Positions 1 to 10,012 of a stretch of DNA of 32,000 bases are shown one piece after another (position 1 is the stretch's first letter; every line of letters starts with the position of its first letter). The DNA is taken from contig BA000021.3 in the NCBI GenBank assembly GCA_000008885.1, positions 450,001 through 482,000 of the forward strand, read 5' to 3'. Both the position numbers and the translations under genes were made by a program. The stretch comes from Wigglesworthia glossinidia endosymbiont of Glossina brevipalpis (GTDB lineage: Bacteria; Pseudomonadota; Gammaproteobacteria; Enterobacterales; Enterobacteriaceae). The notes beneath the pieces were generated by a model. That model saw nothing but the letters and a program-made list of their open reading frames with translations, searched no databases and was not told the origin of the DNA.

Positions 1-160
1 TATTGTGTTTTATTTTACATATATTGCTCCATTCCCAAATAGATGTAGCAAATATTGCAACTATAAAATATAAAAAAACATTATTATTAAAATAAAATAA
101 AATAGATATAATGCATATAAATAAAAACAATGTGCTAATTAATCGAATTTTCAGAAGCAT
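1..160 (-). CDS. cdsA: phosphatidate cytidylyltransferase (CDP-diglyceride synthase), N-terminal fragment running off the window edge
   Basis: Absent from the ORF track because it is short. A minus-strand ATG at 160..158 opens a frame reading MLLKIRLISTLFLFICIISILFYFNNNVFLYFIVAIFATSIWEWSNICKIKHN down to position 1. This resembles the E. coli CdsA N-terminus as recalled (MLKYRLISAFVL...AAWEWGQL). It lies directly downstream of uppS, as in E. coli, and overlaps the uppS 3' end by 26 nt. Confidence 0.6.
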   Translation of the reverse strand, partial: MLLKIRLISTLFLFICIISILFYFNNNVFLYFIVAIFATSIWEWSNICKIKHN

Positions 161-917
161 CTCCTGTTTTTAAATAAATTTTGCTACATTTAGAATTTAT
201 TTTACCGAATCTACGTTCTCTTTTGGCAAAAGAATTTATTGCATTTGAAAAAATCACATGATCAAAGTCTGGCCATAATACATCTGTAAAAAAAAGCTCA
301 GAATATGCAATTTGCCAAAGCAAAAAATTACTAATTCTATGTTCTCCTCCTGTTCTAATAACCAAGTCTACTGGAACTAATTCATTCATACAAATAAATC
401 TGCAGAAATTAGATTCATTTATTTGATCTGGATATATAATTCCTTTTTTGACTTGTTTGGCAATTTTTTTTACACCTTGTATAATATCCCATCTTCCTCC
501 ATAATTTGCAGCTATATTTAAATTCAAACCATTATTTTTGTAAGTGATTTTTTCAGATTTTTTTATATATTTTTGTAACTTCAAATTAAATTTAGATATA
601 TCTCCTATGATTTTTAATCTGATATTATTTTTTTTAAAGCTATCTATAGCATTGTTTAAAACACTTGAAAACAATTCCATTAAATCTGAAACTTCTTGTA
701 TTGGTCTTTTCCAATTTTCGCTGCTAAAAGCATATAATGTAAGAGCGTTTAAATGATTATTTATTGCAAATTTTATTGCTTTTTTTGCAGATTCAACACC
801 AGCTTTATGACCAAATATCCTTAACTTGCCTCTGTTTTTTGCCCAACGACCATTTCCATCCATAATAATAGCAATATGACGTGGTTTGTTTATGTGTTTG
901 ATTTTTGTTAATGACAT
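135..917 (-). CDS. uppS: ditrans,polycis-undecaprenyl-diphosphate synthase
   Basis: 260-aa ORF with the cis-prenyltransferase motifs HIAIIMDGNGRWA, LTLYAFSSENW and RTGGEHRISNFLLWQ. Colinear with E. coli UppS. Sits in the conserved dxr-uppS-cdsA order. Confidence 0.95.
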   Translation of the reverse strand: MSLTKIKHINKPRHIAIIMDGNGRWAKNRGKLRIFGHKAGVESAKKAIKFAINNHLNALTLYAFSSENWKRPIQEVSDLMELFSSVLNNAIDSFKKNNIRLKIIGDISKFNLKLQKYIKKSEKITYKNNGLNLNIAANYGGRWDIIQGVKKIAKQVKKGIIYPDQINESNFCRFICMNELVPVDLVIRTGGEHRISNFLLWQIAYSELFFTDVLWPDFDHVIFSNAINSFAKRERRFGKINSKCSKIYLKTGDASENSIN

Positions 918-1108
918 TAAAATAATTTTTTATAAATTATATTTATTTTAATTTGTATTAATTTTTTTTATTATACATTTTAAAATAAATATTCTTTAAT
1001 CTAATATTAATAAATAATATTATATAGTTTATTTTTTTAACCAATAAATATATTATAATTATTTAGTTTAAATTAATCAATATTTATATTTATACAAAAT
1101 ATATAATA

Positions 1109-2302
1109 TTAATAACATTTAATAAATTTTTTTGCTAAATTTCTAGCTTTACTGTCAAGTAATAAAATTTCTTCTATGCTAGATGGTTCAAAAATATCAA
1201 GTTTATCCAACACCTTTTTATTAATTATTGCAATATCTGTGAAATAAATTTTTTTTGATAAAAAAGCAGATACGGATATTTCGTTTGCTGAATTTAGAAC
1301 TGTAGTCGCTCCTTGCCCATTATAGCTTGCTTGAATTGCTAAATTTAGGCATGGATATCTATTATAATCTATTGATTCAAAAGTCAATTTATTGTTTTTG
1401 TAAAAATCTAAATATTTGTTTTTTATTTTAATTCTTTTTGGATACCCTAATCCATATGAAATAGAAGATTGCATATCAGGTAAGCTCATGTTAGCAATTA
1501 CTGTTCCATCTATATATCTAATCATAGAATGTATAATAGATTGATGATGAATAATTAATTCTATTTGATCTTTGCAAACATTAAATAACCATTTAGCCAC
1601 AATATATTCAAATCCTTTATTCATCATAGTTGCTGAATCTATTGATATTTTTTTTCCCATTTTCCAGTTTGGATGATTACAAGCTTGATCAGGAGATACT
1701 TTTTTCAAATCTCTTAATTCAACATTTCTAAATGGACCTCCAGATCCAGTTAAAATTAATTTGTAAATTCCATATTTATTAATAGACGCAATTCCTAATT
1801 TTTTTTGAAAATCTAAAGGCAGACTTTGAAAAATAGCATTATGTTCGCTATCTATAGGAATTATTATTGATTTATATTTTTCTACTTGTTTCATAAAAAA
1901 ATGACCACAAGAAACTAATATTTCTTTGTTTGCTAATAGTATTTTTTTACCAGATTTAATCGCAGAAAATAAAAAAAATATTCCAGATAATCCTACTGTG
2001 GCAGATATTACAATATCTACTTCTTTTGAAGAAGATAAATTGCATATATCATTAGATCCAAATAAAACAGATGTTTTGCATTTATTTTTTAATAAACCTT
2101 GTTTAAGATCTAATAATTTTTTTTTGTTCATAATACATACATAATTCGGCTTATATTTTATGCATTGACTTATTAATACATTGATATTATTTCCGTATGC
2201 AACCAAAGAATAGACAGAAAATTTATCTAAATTATTACTTATTATCTTTAATGTATTTTTTCCAATAGATCCTGTACTTCCTAATATCGTTATTTTTTTC
2301 AT
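1109..2302 (-). CDS. dxr: 1-deoxy-D-xylulose 5-phosphate reductoisomerase
   Basis: 397-aa ORF (E. coli Dxr about 398 aa). Has the N-terminal NADPH-binding ILGSTGSIG, then LANKE and IDSEHNAIFQ motifs. Sits between frr and uppS, as in E. coli. Confidence 0.95.
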   Translation of the reverse strand: MKKITILGSTGSIGKNTLKIISNNLDKFSVYSLVAYGNNINVLISQCIKYKPNYVCIMNKKKLLDLKQGLLKNKCKTSVLFGSNDICNLSSSKEVDIVISATVGLSGIFFLFSAIKSGKKILLANKEILVSCGHFFMKQVEKYKSIIIPIDSEHNAIFQSLPLDFQKKLGIASINKYGIYKLILTGSGGPFRNVELRDLKKVSPDQACNHPNWKMGKKISIDSATMMNKGFEYIVAKWLFNVCKDQIELIIHHQSIIHSMIRYIDGTVIANMSLPDMQSSISYGLGYPKRIKIKNKYLDFYKNNKLTFESIDYNRYPCLNLAIQASYNGQGATTVLNSANEISVSAFLSKKIYFTDIAIINKKVLDKLDIFEPSSIEEILLLDSKARNLAKKFIKCY

Positions 2303-2410
2303 TTTTTATTTTATTTAATATATTAAATTTTTATTTTTAATATTTTATTAATACTATATATTTTATCTTTAATATTAAATAAATAATAATATTAATTTAA
2401 TTTTTAAAAA

Positions 2411-2968
2411 TTAAATTTTTTTAATTTCTTTCTCTTTTAACTTCAATATTTTTTTTGTATCTTCAATTCTAGAATTTGTTAGATTTTGTATTACTTCTTG
2501 AAATTTTTTATCTTCATCTTTTCCTATGGTTTTTGCTTTTATTAATTTCTTTATTTTTTCGTTGGCATCTCTTCTTATGTTTCTAATAGATATTATGTTT
2601 TGCTCTGCTTCTTTATTTATTAATTTAATTAATTCAAATCTACGAGCTTCTGTTAGTTTTGGGAATTCTATTCTAATATAATTTTCTTGTATTTGCGGAT
2701 TGACTCCTAAATCAGAAGATAAAATAGCTTGTTCTATTTTTTTTATTATATTATTATCAAATACATTTATTTTAAGTATATTTGATTTTTCTGACAAAAT
2801 ATTTGATAATTTACTTAACGGAACAGATGTACCATAACAATTAATATAAATATTTTCTATTAAACTAGGAGATACTCTATTTGTACGAATCTTAGAGATA
2901 TTTTTTTTAAAAAAATCAATTGATTTTTTCATTCTTGAATTTGAATTTTCATAAATTTCATTAATCAT
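2411..2968 (-). CDS. frr: ribosome recycling factor
   Basis: 185-aa ORF, the same length as E. coli Frr. Colinear similarity includes ISKIRTNRVSPSLIENI, LKINVFD and IRNIRRDAN. Lies downstream of pyrH. Confidence 0.95.
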   Translation of the reverse strand: MINEIYENSNSRMKKSIDFFKKNISKIRTNRVSPSLIENIYINCYGTSVPLSKLSNILSEKSNILKINVFDNNIIKKIEQAILSSDLGVNPQIQENYIRIEFPKLTEARRFELIKLINKEAEQNIISIRNIRRDANEKIKKLIKAKTIGKDEDKKFQEVIQNLTNSRIEDTKKILKLKEKEIKKI

Positions 2969-3029
2969 TTTTTCACCTTAATTATTCATGCGTTATTTAA
3001 TTCAAATAATAAAAAATTAAAATTTTTAT

Positions 3030-3754
3030 CTAATTAATTAACGTACCTATATCTTTTCCTATTATTGCTTTATATAAAGAATTAGGCTCTTTTATATTAA
3101 ATATTCTAATTGGTAATTTATGTTCTTTAGCTATAGCAAATGCAGTAAAATCCATTATTTTTAAATTTTTTTTCAATGCATAATCATAACTTATTTTTTT
3201 ATATAAAGTTGCGTTTGGATTTTTAGCAGGATCTTCAGAAAAAACACCATCAACATTAGTAATTTTTAATAATAAATTTGCATCAATTTCTATTGCCTTC
3301 AAACATGCTGCTGAATCTGTAGTAAACAAAGTATGTCCAATTCCAAAACAAAAAATTACTATTTTTTTTTTAAAATTTTATTTATTCTAAAAATATTATA
3401 AGATTCACATATTCCATTTATATTAAATGGAAATGGTGATATTAATTGCGATTTAATATTTAAACGTTCAAAATGATTATAAATAAACAATCCATTTATT
3501 AATGTAGACATCATTCCTATATGATCTCCTATATTTCTTTTAATTCCATGTATTTTTAACTGACTTCCTCTAAATAGATTTCCTCCTCCAATTACTATTC
3601 CTATTTGTATACCTAGATTAAATAAATTTTTTATTTCATTTGTTATTTTGTTTAAAATATCAAAATCAACTAAATTTTTTTTTCCTTTTTTTAAACATTC
3701 TCCGCTTAATTTTAATAAAATTTTTTTATTAATATATATTTTATTATTTTTCAT
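3030..3754 (-). pseudogene. pyrH: UMP kinase, reading frame broken by a 1-nt frameshift in a coding-strand A10 run; possibly still expressed via slippage
   Basis: Two ORFs cover the N-terminal part (3359..3775: ILLKLSGE, GGGNLFRG) and the C-terminal part (3030..3329: [26 protein letters not shown]) of PyrH. The frames meet at T10 on the plus strand (3362..3371). One extra A restores [20 protein letters not shown] and gives a 241-aa product. The likely true start is the ATG at 3754, preceded by GGAGA with a 5-nt spacer, rather than 3775. Confidence 0.85.
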
Positions 3755-3792
3755 ATTTTCTCCACAGACAGGCATATTCTTTTATAAGAATT

Positions 3793-4605
3793 TCAAATAA
3801 CAGGATAAAAATTTTCTCCTACTTCAAACCTAATAAATTTTTTAATATAAATATTTCTTTCATTTATTATATTTTTGATTTTTTTTGTATCATCAAATAT
3901 GAAAAATTGCTCTTCTAAAGCAATTTTTTCAAAAAATTTTTTCATTTTTCCATTTGAAATTTTTTCAGCAATTTCTTTTGTTTTTCCATTTTTTAATGCA
4001 GACTTAATGTATATCATTTTTTCATTTTCTTTTATAATATTTGGAATGGATTTAACGCTAATATATTTTGGATTGCTAGCTGCAATATGCATAGCTATTT
4101 TTTTTGACATATCTTCTGTAGAATTTTTTATATCTACAATTACTCCTATACGTTTTAAATGAATATAATTAAATAAATTTTTTCCATAAAATAATTTTAT
4201 TCTTTTTATATTTATTTTTTCTTTAAATGTTAAAGAAAAATATGATATTTTTTCTTTCATAAATTTTCTCAAAATATCTATATCTGAAATTTTTTCTTTT
4301 AAAATAATTGAAATAATTTCTTTTCCAAAGTTTTGGAATTGTTTATTTTTTGCAACAAAATCAGTTTCGCTGTTTAATTCAATTAAAGCTCCATATTTTT
4401 TTTCTTTTTTTACTTTAGCTAAAACAATTCCATTTGATAAATTATTAACATTTTTTTCTATGTTTAATGTTCCTGATTTTTTTATAAATTGTATCGCTAG
4501 TTCTATATTTTCATTATTTTCTAAAAGAGCTTTTTTGCATTCTAAAATTCCTAAATTAGTACGATTTCTCATTTCTTTTATAAGATTAGATAATTTATTT
4601 ACCAT
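3793..4605 (-). CDS. tsf: translation elongation factor Ts
   Basis: 270-aa ORF. N-terminal UBA-like region IKEMRNRTNLGILECKKALLENNENIELAIQFIKKSG matches the EF-Ts N-terminus. Lies immediately downstream of rpsB. Confidence 0.93.
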   Translation of the reverse strand: MVNKLSNLIKEMRNRTNLGILECKKALLENNENIELAIQFIKKSGTLNIEKNVNNLSNGIVLAKVKKEKKYGALIELNSETDFVAKNKQFQNFGKEIISIILKEKISDIDILRKFMKEKISYFSLTFKEKINIKRIKLFYGKNLFNYIHLKRIGVIVDIKNSTEDMSKKIAMHIAASNPKYISVKSIPNIIKENEKMIYIKSALKNGKTKEIAEKISNGKMKKFFEKIALEEQFFIFDDTKKIKNIINERNIYIKKFIRFEVGENFYPVI

Positions 4606-4649
4606 TATTATGATCCTGATTTTTAAAAAAATTTTAGTTAATAAAATTT

Positions 4650-5372
4650 TTAATTATTCTTTATAATTATTTTTTTATTTATTTCTTTATTAGATATTTT
4701 ACTATTTTTAATTGTTTCTGAAACAGTTTTTAAATATAAATCAATAGCCCTTATTGAATCATCATTTCCCGGTATGACAAATTTAATATCTTTTGGGTTA
4801 GAATTAGTATCTACTATTGCAAAAATAGGAATGCCTAGTTTATTTGCTTCTTTTATTGATGTTTTTTCGTGTTCTACATCAATAACAAATATAGCATCTG
4901 GTAATCCACCCATGTTTTTTATTCCACCTAAACTATTTTCTAATTTATTTAGAGTTCTAGTTCTTATTAAGGCTTCTTTTTTTGTTAATTTTTTAAATGT
5001 TCCATCTTTTGATTGTGATTCTAGTTCTTTTAATCTTTTTATAGATTGTCTTACTGTTTTCCAGTTAGTTAGCATTCCTCCTAACCACCTATAATTTACA
5101 AAAAATTGATTGCAATTTATTGCAGAATTTTTAATGGCTTCTGAAGCTGCTCTTTTCGTTCCAATAAATAAAATTTTTCCGTCTCTTTTGGATATTTTAG
5201 ATAATTCATTCATTGCTATTTCAAACATTATTAATGTTTTTTCTAAATTAATAATATGCACTTTATTTTTTTTACAAAAAATAAAAGGCTTCATATTAGG
5301 ATTCCAATATCTTGTTTGATGTCCAAAATGGACTCCAGATTGGATCATATCTTTCATAGATAAATTTAACAT
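4650..5372 (-). CDS. rpsB: 30S ribosomal protein S2
   Basis: 240-aa ORF with very high similarity to E. coli S2: [49 protein letters not shown] and [10 protein letters not shown]. Confidence 0.97.
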   Translation of the reverse strand: MLNLSMKDMIQSGVHFGHQTRYWNPNMKPFIFCKKNKVHIINLEKTLIMFEIAMNELSKISKRDGKILFIGTKRAASEAIKNSAINCNQFFVNYRWLGGMLTNWKTVRQSIKRLKELESQSKDGTFKKLTKKEALIRTRTLNKLENSLGGIKNMGGLPDAIFVIDVEHEKTSIKEANKLGIPIFAIVDTNSNPKDIKFVIPGNDDSIRAIDLYLKTVSETIKNSKISNKEINKKIIIKNN

Positions 5373-5619
5373 GTTTTTACCCGTAATTTAATAAAATTAA
5401 TTAAACATATATGAAAATTAAAATATTCAATAAATATTTATAATAAATTATTATATTTTAAATAAATAATAATATAAATATAAAAATTTTTATTTAATTT
5501 TTAATTAAATATGTTAAATTTTTTAATAAAATTTGCTAAAAATATTTTTATTATTAATTGAATAAATTTTAAATCAAAAAATTTTTATAAATAAATATAA
5601 TAACCACTTGGATATAATA

Positions 5620-6399
5620 ATGTCTATTGATATCAAATCTACAAATGAAATAATTAAAATAAGAAAATCTTGTAAAATAGCTTCAGAAGTATTAACTATG
5701 ATTGAAAATTACATAGAACCAGGAATTAGCACAGAAAAATTAAATAAAATATGTCATGAATATATAGTAAAAAAAAAACATGCTTTTCCCGCATCTTTAG
5801 GATATTGCGGGTTTCCAAAATCTGTTTGCATTTCTATTAATGATGTTGTTTGTCACGGAATTCCAAATAAAAAAATAATTCTTAAAGATGGAGATATTTT
5901 AAATATTGATGTTGCTGTTATAAAAGATGAATATTATGGAGATACTTCTAAAATGTTTTTTGTAAAAGACGTAAAAAAAGAAGCCATAGATCTTTGTAAA
6001 TCAACACAGAAAAGTTTGTATTTAGCTATAAAAAAAATACATCCAGGAATGCGACTCAGAAAAATAGGAAGTATTATTCAAAAATATATAGAATCTAAAA
6101 ACTATTCAATAGTAAGAGAATATTGTGGCCATGGAATAGGAAAATGTTTTCATGAAGAACCTCAAATATTACATTATGATGCTTATGACAAAGAGATAAA
6201 ATTAAAACCAGGAATGATATTTACTATAGAACCTATGGTTAATATAGGTTCAAAAAATGTATATACAGGTAAAGATGGATGGACTGTAAAAACTAAAGAT
6301 AAATCGTTATCCGCTCAGTATGAACATACAATTTTAATAACTAATTATGGATGTGAAGTTATGACTTTGCGCGAAGAAGAATTATTATTAAAACAATAA
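5620..6399 (+). CDS. map: type I methionine aminopeptidase
   Basis: The ORF track starts at TTG 5608. The ATG at 5620 gives MSIDIKSTNEIIKIR, aligning with E. coli MAISIKTPEDIEKMR. Metal-binding context is conserved (VCHGIP, DILNIDV, GHGIG, TIEPM, EHT). Divergent from rpsB, as in E. coli. Confidence 0.95.
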   Translation: MSIDIKSTNEIIKIRKSCKIASEVLTMIENYIEPGISTEKLNKICHEYIVKKKHAFPASLGYCGFPKSVCISINDVVCHGIPNKKIILKDGDILNIDVAVIKDEYYGDTSKMFFVKDVKKEAIDLCKSTQKSLYLAIKKIHPGMRLRKIGSIIQKYIESKNYSIVREYCGHGIGKCFHEEPQILHYDAYDKEIKLKPGMIFTIEPMVNIGSKNVYTGKDGWTVKTKDKSLSAQYEHTILITNYGCEVMTLREEELLLKQ

Positions 6400-6534
6400 A
6401 ACATAATTTGTTAAAAATTAATTTTATCAATTAAAATATATTTTTAGTATTAATAAAAATTATATTTTTTATATTAAACTTGAAATTTATCTGATAAAAT
6501 TAGCATTTTATTTATATTCGAAATTTTATAATAC

Positions 6535-7359
6535 ATGATAAATAAATTTAAAAAAACAATTGAAACTTCGTTTGAAAAAAAAGAACATTTAAAAAAATGT
6601 GTTGATCCTTTATTAAAAAATACAATAATATCTATTATTAATTTATTAGATAAAGGAAAAATTAGAGTTGCAGAGAAAAAAAATGGTACTTGGATTACTA
6701 ATCAATGGATAAAAAAATCAATATTAATATATTTTTGTATATTTAAAAATAAATTAATTATTTCAGAAAATATGAATTTTTTTGATAAAATTAGTATGAA
6801 ATTTGAAAAATGGGACCATGATGATTTTTGTAAACATAAAATAAGAGCTGTTCCTTGTTCATTTGTTAGGAAAGGATCTTTTATTGCTAAAAATAGCGTA
6901 ATAATGCCATCTTATATAAATATAGGAGCATATATAGGAGAAAATTCTACAATAGATACATGGTCTACAATAGGATCTTGTGCACAAATTGGAAAAAATG
7001 TTCATATTTCTGGCGGAGTGGGCATAGGAGGGGTTTTAGAACCAGTACAAAATAATCCAACTATAATAGAAGATAACTGTTTTATTGGAGCAAGATCTGA
7101 GATAGTAGAAGGAGTTGTAGTTGAATCAGGATCAGTGATTTCAATGGGAGTATTTATAGGAAAGAGCACAAAGATTTATGATTCTATAAATAATAAAATT
7201 TATTATGGCAGAATACCTAAAAAATCAGTAGTAATACCGGGAAGTTTACCTTCAAAAAATAATAGATTTAATATAAACTGTGCTATTATAATTAAGAAAC
7301 CTGATCATGAAACCAAAAGAAAAATAAAAATGAATAGCATATTACATTTAAATAATTAA
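6535..7359 (+). CDS. dapD: 2,3,4,5-tetrahydropyridine-2,6-dicarboxylate N-succinyltransferase
   Basis: 274-aa ORF, the same length as E. coli DapD. Long identical stretches include MPSYINIGAY, GSCAQIGKNVHISGGVGIGGVLEP and NPTIIEDNCFIGARSE. Follows map; the glnD that separates them in E. coli is absent. Confidence 0.95.
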   Translation: MINKFKKTIETSFEKKEHLKKCVDPLLKNTIISIINLLDKGKIRVAEKKNGTWITNQWIKKSILIYFCIFKNKLIISENMNFFDKISMKFEKWDHDDFCKHKIRAVPCSFVRKGSFIAKNSVIMPSYINIGAYIGENSTIDTWSTIGSCAQIGKNVHISGGVGIGGVLEPVQNNPTIIEDNCFIGARSEIVEGVVVESGSVISMGVFIGKSTKIYDSINNKIYYGRIPKKSVVIPGSLPSKNNRFNINCAIIIKKPDHETKRKIKMNSILHLNN

Positions 7360-7677
7360 ATTAACTAACAAATTTATTAAATTAAAATTTACCTTAAATT
7401 AAAAAAATAATATAAATTATCGATAATATCATTAAATTTTAAAACTTTATAAAAATTTTTAAAAAAATAATAATTTTTATTTATATACTTTTATGATTCA
7501 TGTAAATGAATTTGTAAATTAAAATTTTTTATTTGTAAAAATAAAAATTTTATATAATTAAAAATTTAATTAAACTTTTTAGATATGAAAATATTTATAA
7601 ATTAATATATATTAATTGCTATATTTTTTATATATAAAAAAAATATTTTTATACATTTTATATTTTATGTAATTTTT

Positions 7678-7710
7678 TAAAGATTTATTAATTAAATTAA
7701 TAAATCTTTA
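7678..7710. repeat. perfect 15-bp inverted repeat with a 3-nt loop in the dapD-aspA spacer
   Basis: taaagatttattaat (7678..7692) and attaataaatcttta (7696..7710) are exact reverse complements, each including a G/C position. No flanking T-run. Function unknown. Confidence 0.5.
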
Positions 7711-7956
7711 TACTTAATATCTTTTTAATATTTAAAGATTGTTGATTATTTAAATTATTTAATAAAATTAATTATATATATTTTATAAAAATAAAAATCA
7801 AACTCTAATTTCTTTAAAGTTAAATAATAAATTTAAATATTAAATAAAATTAAAATATTTATATTAGATATAATAATTTTTTTTAAAATATAATACGTAA
7901 AGATATATCTGTGTTTTTAAAGAAAAATCAATATATAGTTAACATGAGGAATAATT

Positions 7957-9396
7957 ATGTTAAATTCTATTCGAATCGAACAAGATATGATTGGAATACG
8001 TGAAATTTCAAATGAATTTTATTATGGCATTCATACTCTTAGAGCTATAGAAAATTTCAAAATTAGTAAAAATACTATTAACGATTATCCTGAATTAATC
8101 AAGGGAATGGTGATGGTGAAAAAAGCATCTGCTCTTGCAAACAAACATTTAAAAGTTTTATCAGAAAAAAACGCAAAAATTATAGTAAGAGCTTGTGATT
8201 GTATTTTAAAAAAACAAAATATTTATCTTGATCAATTTCCAGTAGACGCTTTTCAAGGAGGAGCTGGAACATCTGTAAATATGAATGTTAATGAAGTTTT
8301 GACTAATATTGGATTAGAAATAATGGGTAAGAAAAAAGGAGATTATAAGTTTCTTAATCCAAATGATCATTTAAATTTAAGTCAATCCACAAACGATGCA
8401 TATCCAACTGGACTTCGTTTATCAATATATAAATCTATATACAAATTAATTAAATCAATCATATTAATTGAAGATAGTTTTTATAAAAAATCAAAAGAAT
8501 TTTCTAAAATAATAAAAATGGGTAGAACGCAATTACAAGATGCTGTCCCAATGACATTGGGTCAAGAATTTTATGCTTTTAAAACATCTTTAAAAAAAGA
8601 AAGAATAAATTTAATTAATACATCTAAATTATTATTAGATATTAATCTTGGAGGAACAGCAATAGGAACTAAATTAAATACTCCTAAAGGATATCAAAAA
8701 GTAGTTGTAAAACAATTATCAATTGTTAGCGGAATACAGTTCAATCCAGTAAAAGATCTTATAGAATCTACATATGATTGTGGAATATATACTATTGTGC
8801 ATGGAAATTTAAAAAATTTAGCTATTAGATTATCTAAAATTTGTAATGATTTAAGATTATTGTCATCTGGGCCAAGAGCTGGGTTAAATGAAATAAATTT
8901 ACCTGAACTTCAAGCTGGATCTTCGATAATGCCTGCTAAAGTTAACCCAGTTTTACCAGAAGTAGTTAATCAGGTATGTTTTAAGGTATGTGGAAATGAT
9001 ATTTGCGTAATGATGGCAGCAGAGTCAGGTCAATTACAATTAAATGCTATGGAACCAGTAATAAGTCAATCTATATTTGAATCAATAAATATTCTCAAAA
9101 ATGCTATTTTATCTTTAAAAGAAAAATGTATAGATGGAATCACAGCAAATAAAAAAATTTGTGAATCTTATGTATTAAATTCTATAGGAATAGTTGCATA
9201 TTTAAATCCTTTTATTGGTCATCATAACGGAGATATAATCGGAAAAATTTGTTCTAAAAGCGGTAGAAGTGTAAAAGAAGTTGTATTGGAAAAAGGATTT
9301 TTAACAGAAAAAGAACTTAATGATATTTTTTCATTTAATAATTTAATACATCCAAAATATAAAAATAAAAATAGTTCTGAAGATTTATCAATCTAA
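7957..9396 (+). CDS. aspA: aspartate ammonia-lyase
   Basis: 479-aa ORF colinear with E. coli AspA (about 478 aa). Has the fumarate-lyase signature [11 protein letters not shown] plus AspA-specific stretches [27 protein letters not shown] and [15 protein letters not shown] Shine-Dalgarno at 7946..7950. Confidence 0.95.
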   Translation: MLNSIRIEQDMIGIREISNEFYYGIHTLRAIENFKISKNTINDYPELIKGMVMVKKASALANKHLKVLSEKNAKIIVRACDCILKKQNIYLDQFPVDAFQGGAGTSVNMNVNEVLTNIGLEIMGKKKGDYKFLNPNDHLNLSQSTNDAYPTGLRLSIYKSIYKLIKSIILIEDSFYKKSKEFSKIIKMGRTQLQDAVPMTLGQEFYAFKTSLKKERINLINTSKLLLDINLGGTAIGTKLNTPKGYQKVVVKQLSIVSGIQFNPVKDLIESTYDCGIYTIVHGNLKNLAIRLSKICNDLRLLSSGPRAGLNEINLPELQAGSSIMPAKVNPVLPEVVNQVCFKVCGNDICVMMAAESGQLQLNAMEPVISQSIFESINILKNAILSLKEKCIDGITANKKICESYVLNSIGIVAYLNPFIGHHNGDIIGKICSKSGRSVKEVVLEKGFLTEKELNDIFSFNNLIHPKYKNKNSSEDLSI

Positions 9397-9440
9397 ATTT
9401 TTTATTTTATTAAATACGTATAAAACTTGATAAGTATAAT

Positions 9441-9812
9441 ATGAAAAATTTATCTAATATCACAAAAAATAACTTTTTAAATGAAAAATATTTTTGCGTA
9501 ATATTATGCACTATTCCAGATAATGATTCAGCAAATTATATTATAAAACAAATTTTAAAAAAAAAATTGGCAGCTTGTGTTACAAAAATACCAGAAGTAA
9601 TATCTTTCTATTATTGGAATAAAATATTAGAAGAGAAAAAAGAAGTACAAATTTTAATTAAAAGTCATATAAAATTAAGAAAAAAAGTTTTTTCGTTAAT
9701 TAAAAATATTCATCCATATAAAATACCAGAAATAATTTCAATTTCTACAAATAAAATAGAAAAGTATTATAAAAACTGGATAGTAAACAATATATCAATT
9801 TTAAAAAATTAA
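9441..9812 (+). CDS. cutA: divalent-cation tolerance protein CutA
   Basis: 123-aa ORF. KKLAACV...YYWNKILEEKKEVQILIKS...HPYKIPEII matches the CutA1 pattern recalled from E. coli (KLAACA..YYWEGKLEQEYEVQMILKT..HPYQTPELL). The aspA-cutA-tRNA-Phe order mirrors E. coli aspA-dcuA-cutA-dsbD-yjdC-pheU. Confidence 0.85.
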   Translation: MKNLSNITKNNFLNEKYFCVILCTIPDNDSANYIIKQILKKKLAACVTKIPEVISFYYWNKILEEKKEVQILIKSHIKLRKKVFSLIKNIHPYKIPEIISISTNKIEKYYKNWIVNNISILKN

Positions 9813-9939
9813 AATATAATTATATTTTATATATAAAATTTGAAAAAATAGATTCTAAAATATGATATAATAAGATCATATTTGTATATATTTGTTTTTT
9901 AATAAATTTAAAATTATTAAAATATAATAATAAAATTTC

Positions 9940-10012
9940 GCCCGAATAGCTCAGTTGGAAGAGCATAGGACTGAAAATCCTTGTGTCGGTGGTTCGATTC
10001 CACCTTCGGGCA
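9940..10012 (+). tRNA. tRNA-Phe (anticodon GAA)
   Basis: 73-nt cloverleaf. Acceptor GCCCGAA pairs with TTCGGGC, with discriminator A. D arm GCTC/GAGC. Anticodon loop is CTGAAAA. T arm GGTGG-TTCGATT-CCACC. CCA is not encoded. Close to E. coli tRNA-Phe. Confidence 0.95.

Noticed and set aside
3755-3775. N-terminal extensions proposed by the ORF track: pyrH MPVCGEN (3775), map TTG 5608, marC GTG 10610, pyrE ATG 15082, dut 16238, rpmB GTG 17671 and sucD TTG 28908.
   Set aside because: In each case a downstream ATG aligns with the N-terminus of the E. coli orthologue. For pyrH and rpmB it also has a better-placed Shine-Dalgarno sequence. For marC and pyrE the choice remains uncertain by 2-3 codons.
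9840-9871. A promoter-like TTGAAA (9840-9845) and an extended -10 element TGaTATAAT (9863-9871) lie about 70 bp upstream of tRNA-Phe.
   Set aside because: The spacer between the hexamers is 20 nt, which is too long. TATAAT-like hexamers occur every few dozen bases in DNA of this composition. Without transcription start data the call has no discriminating power. The same applies to promoter guesses in every other spacer.
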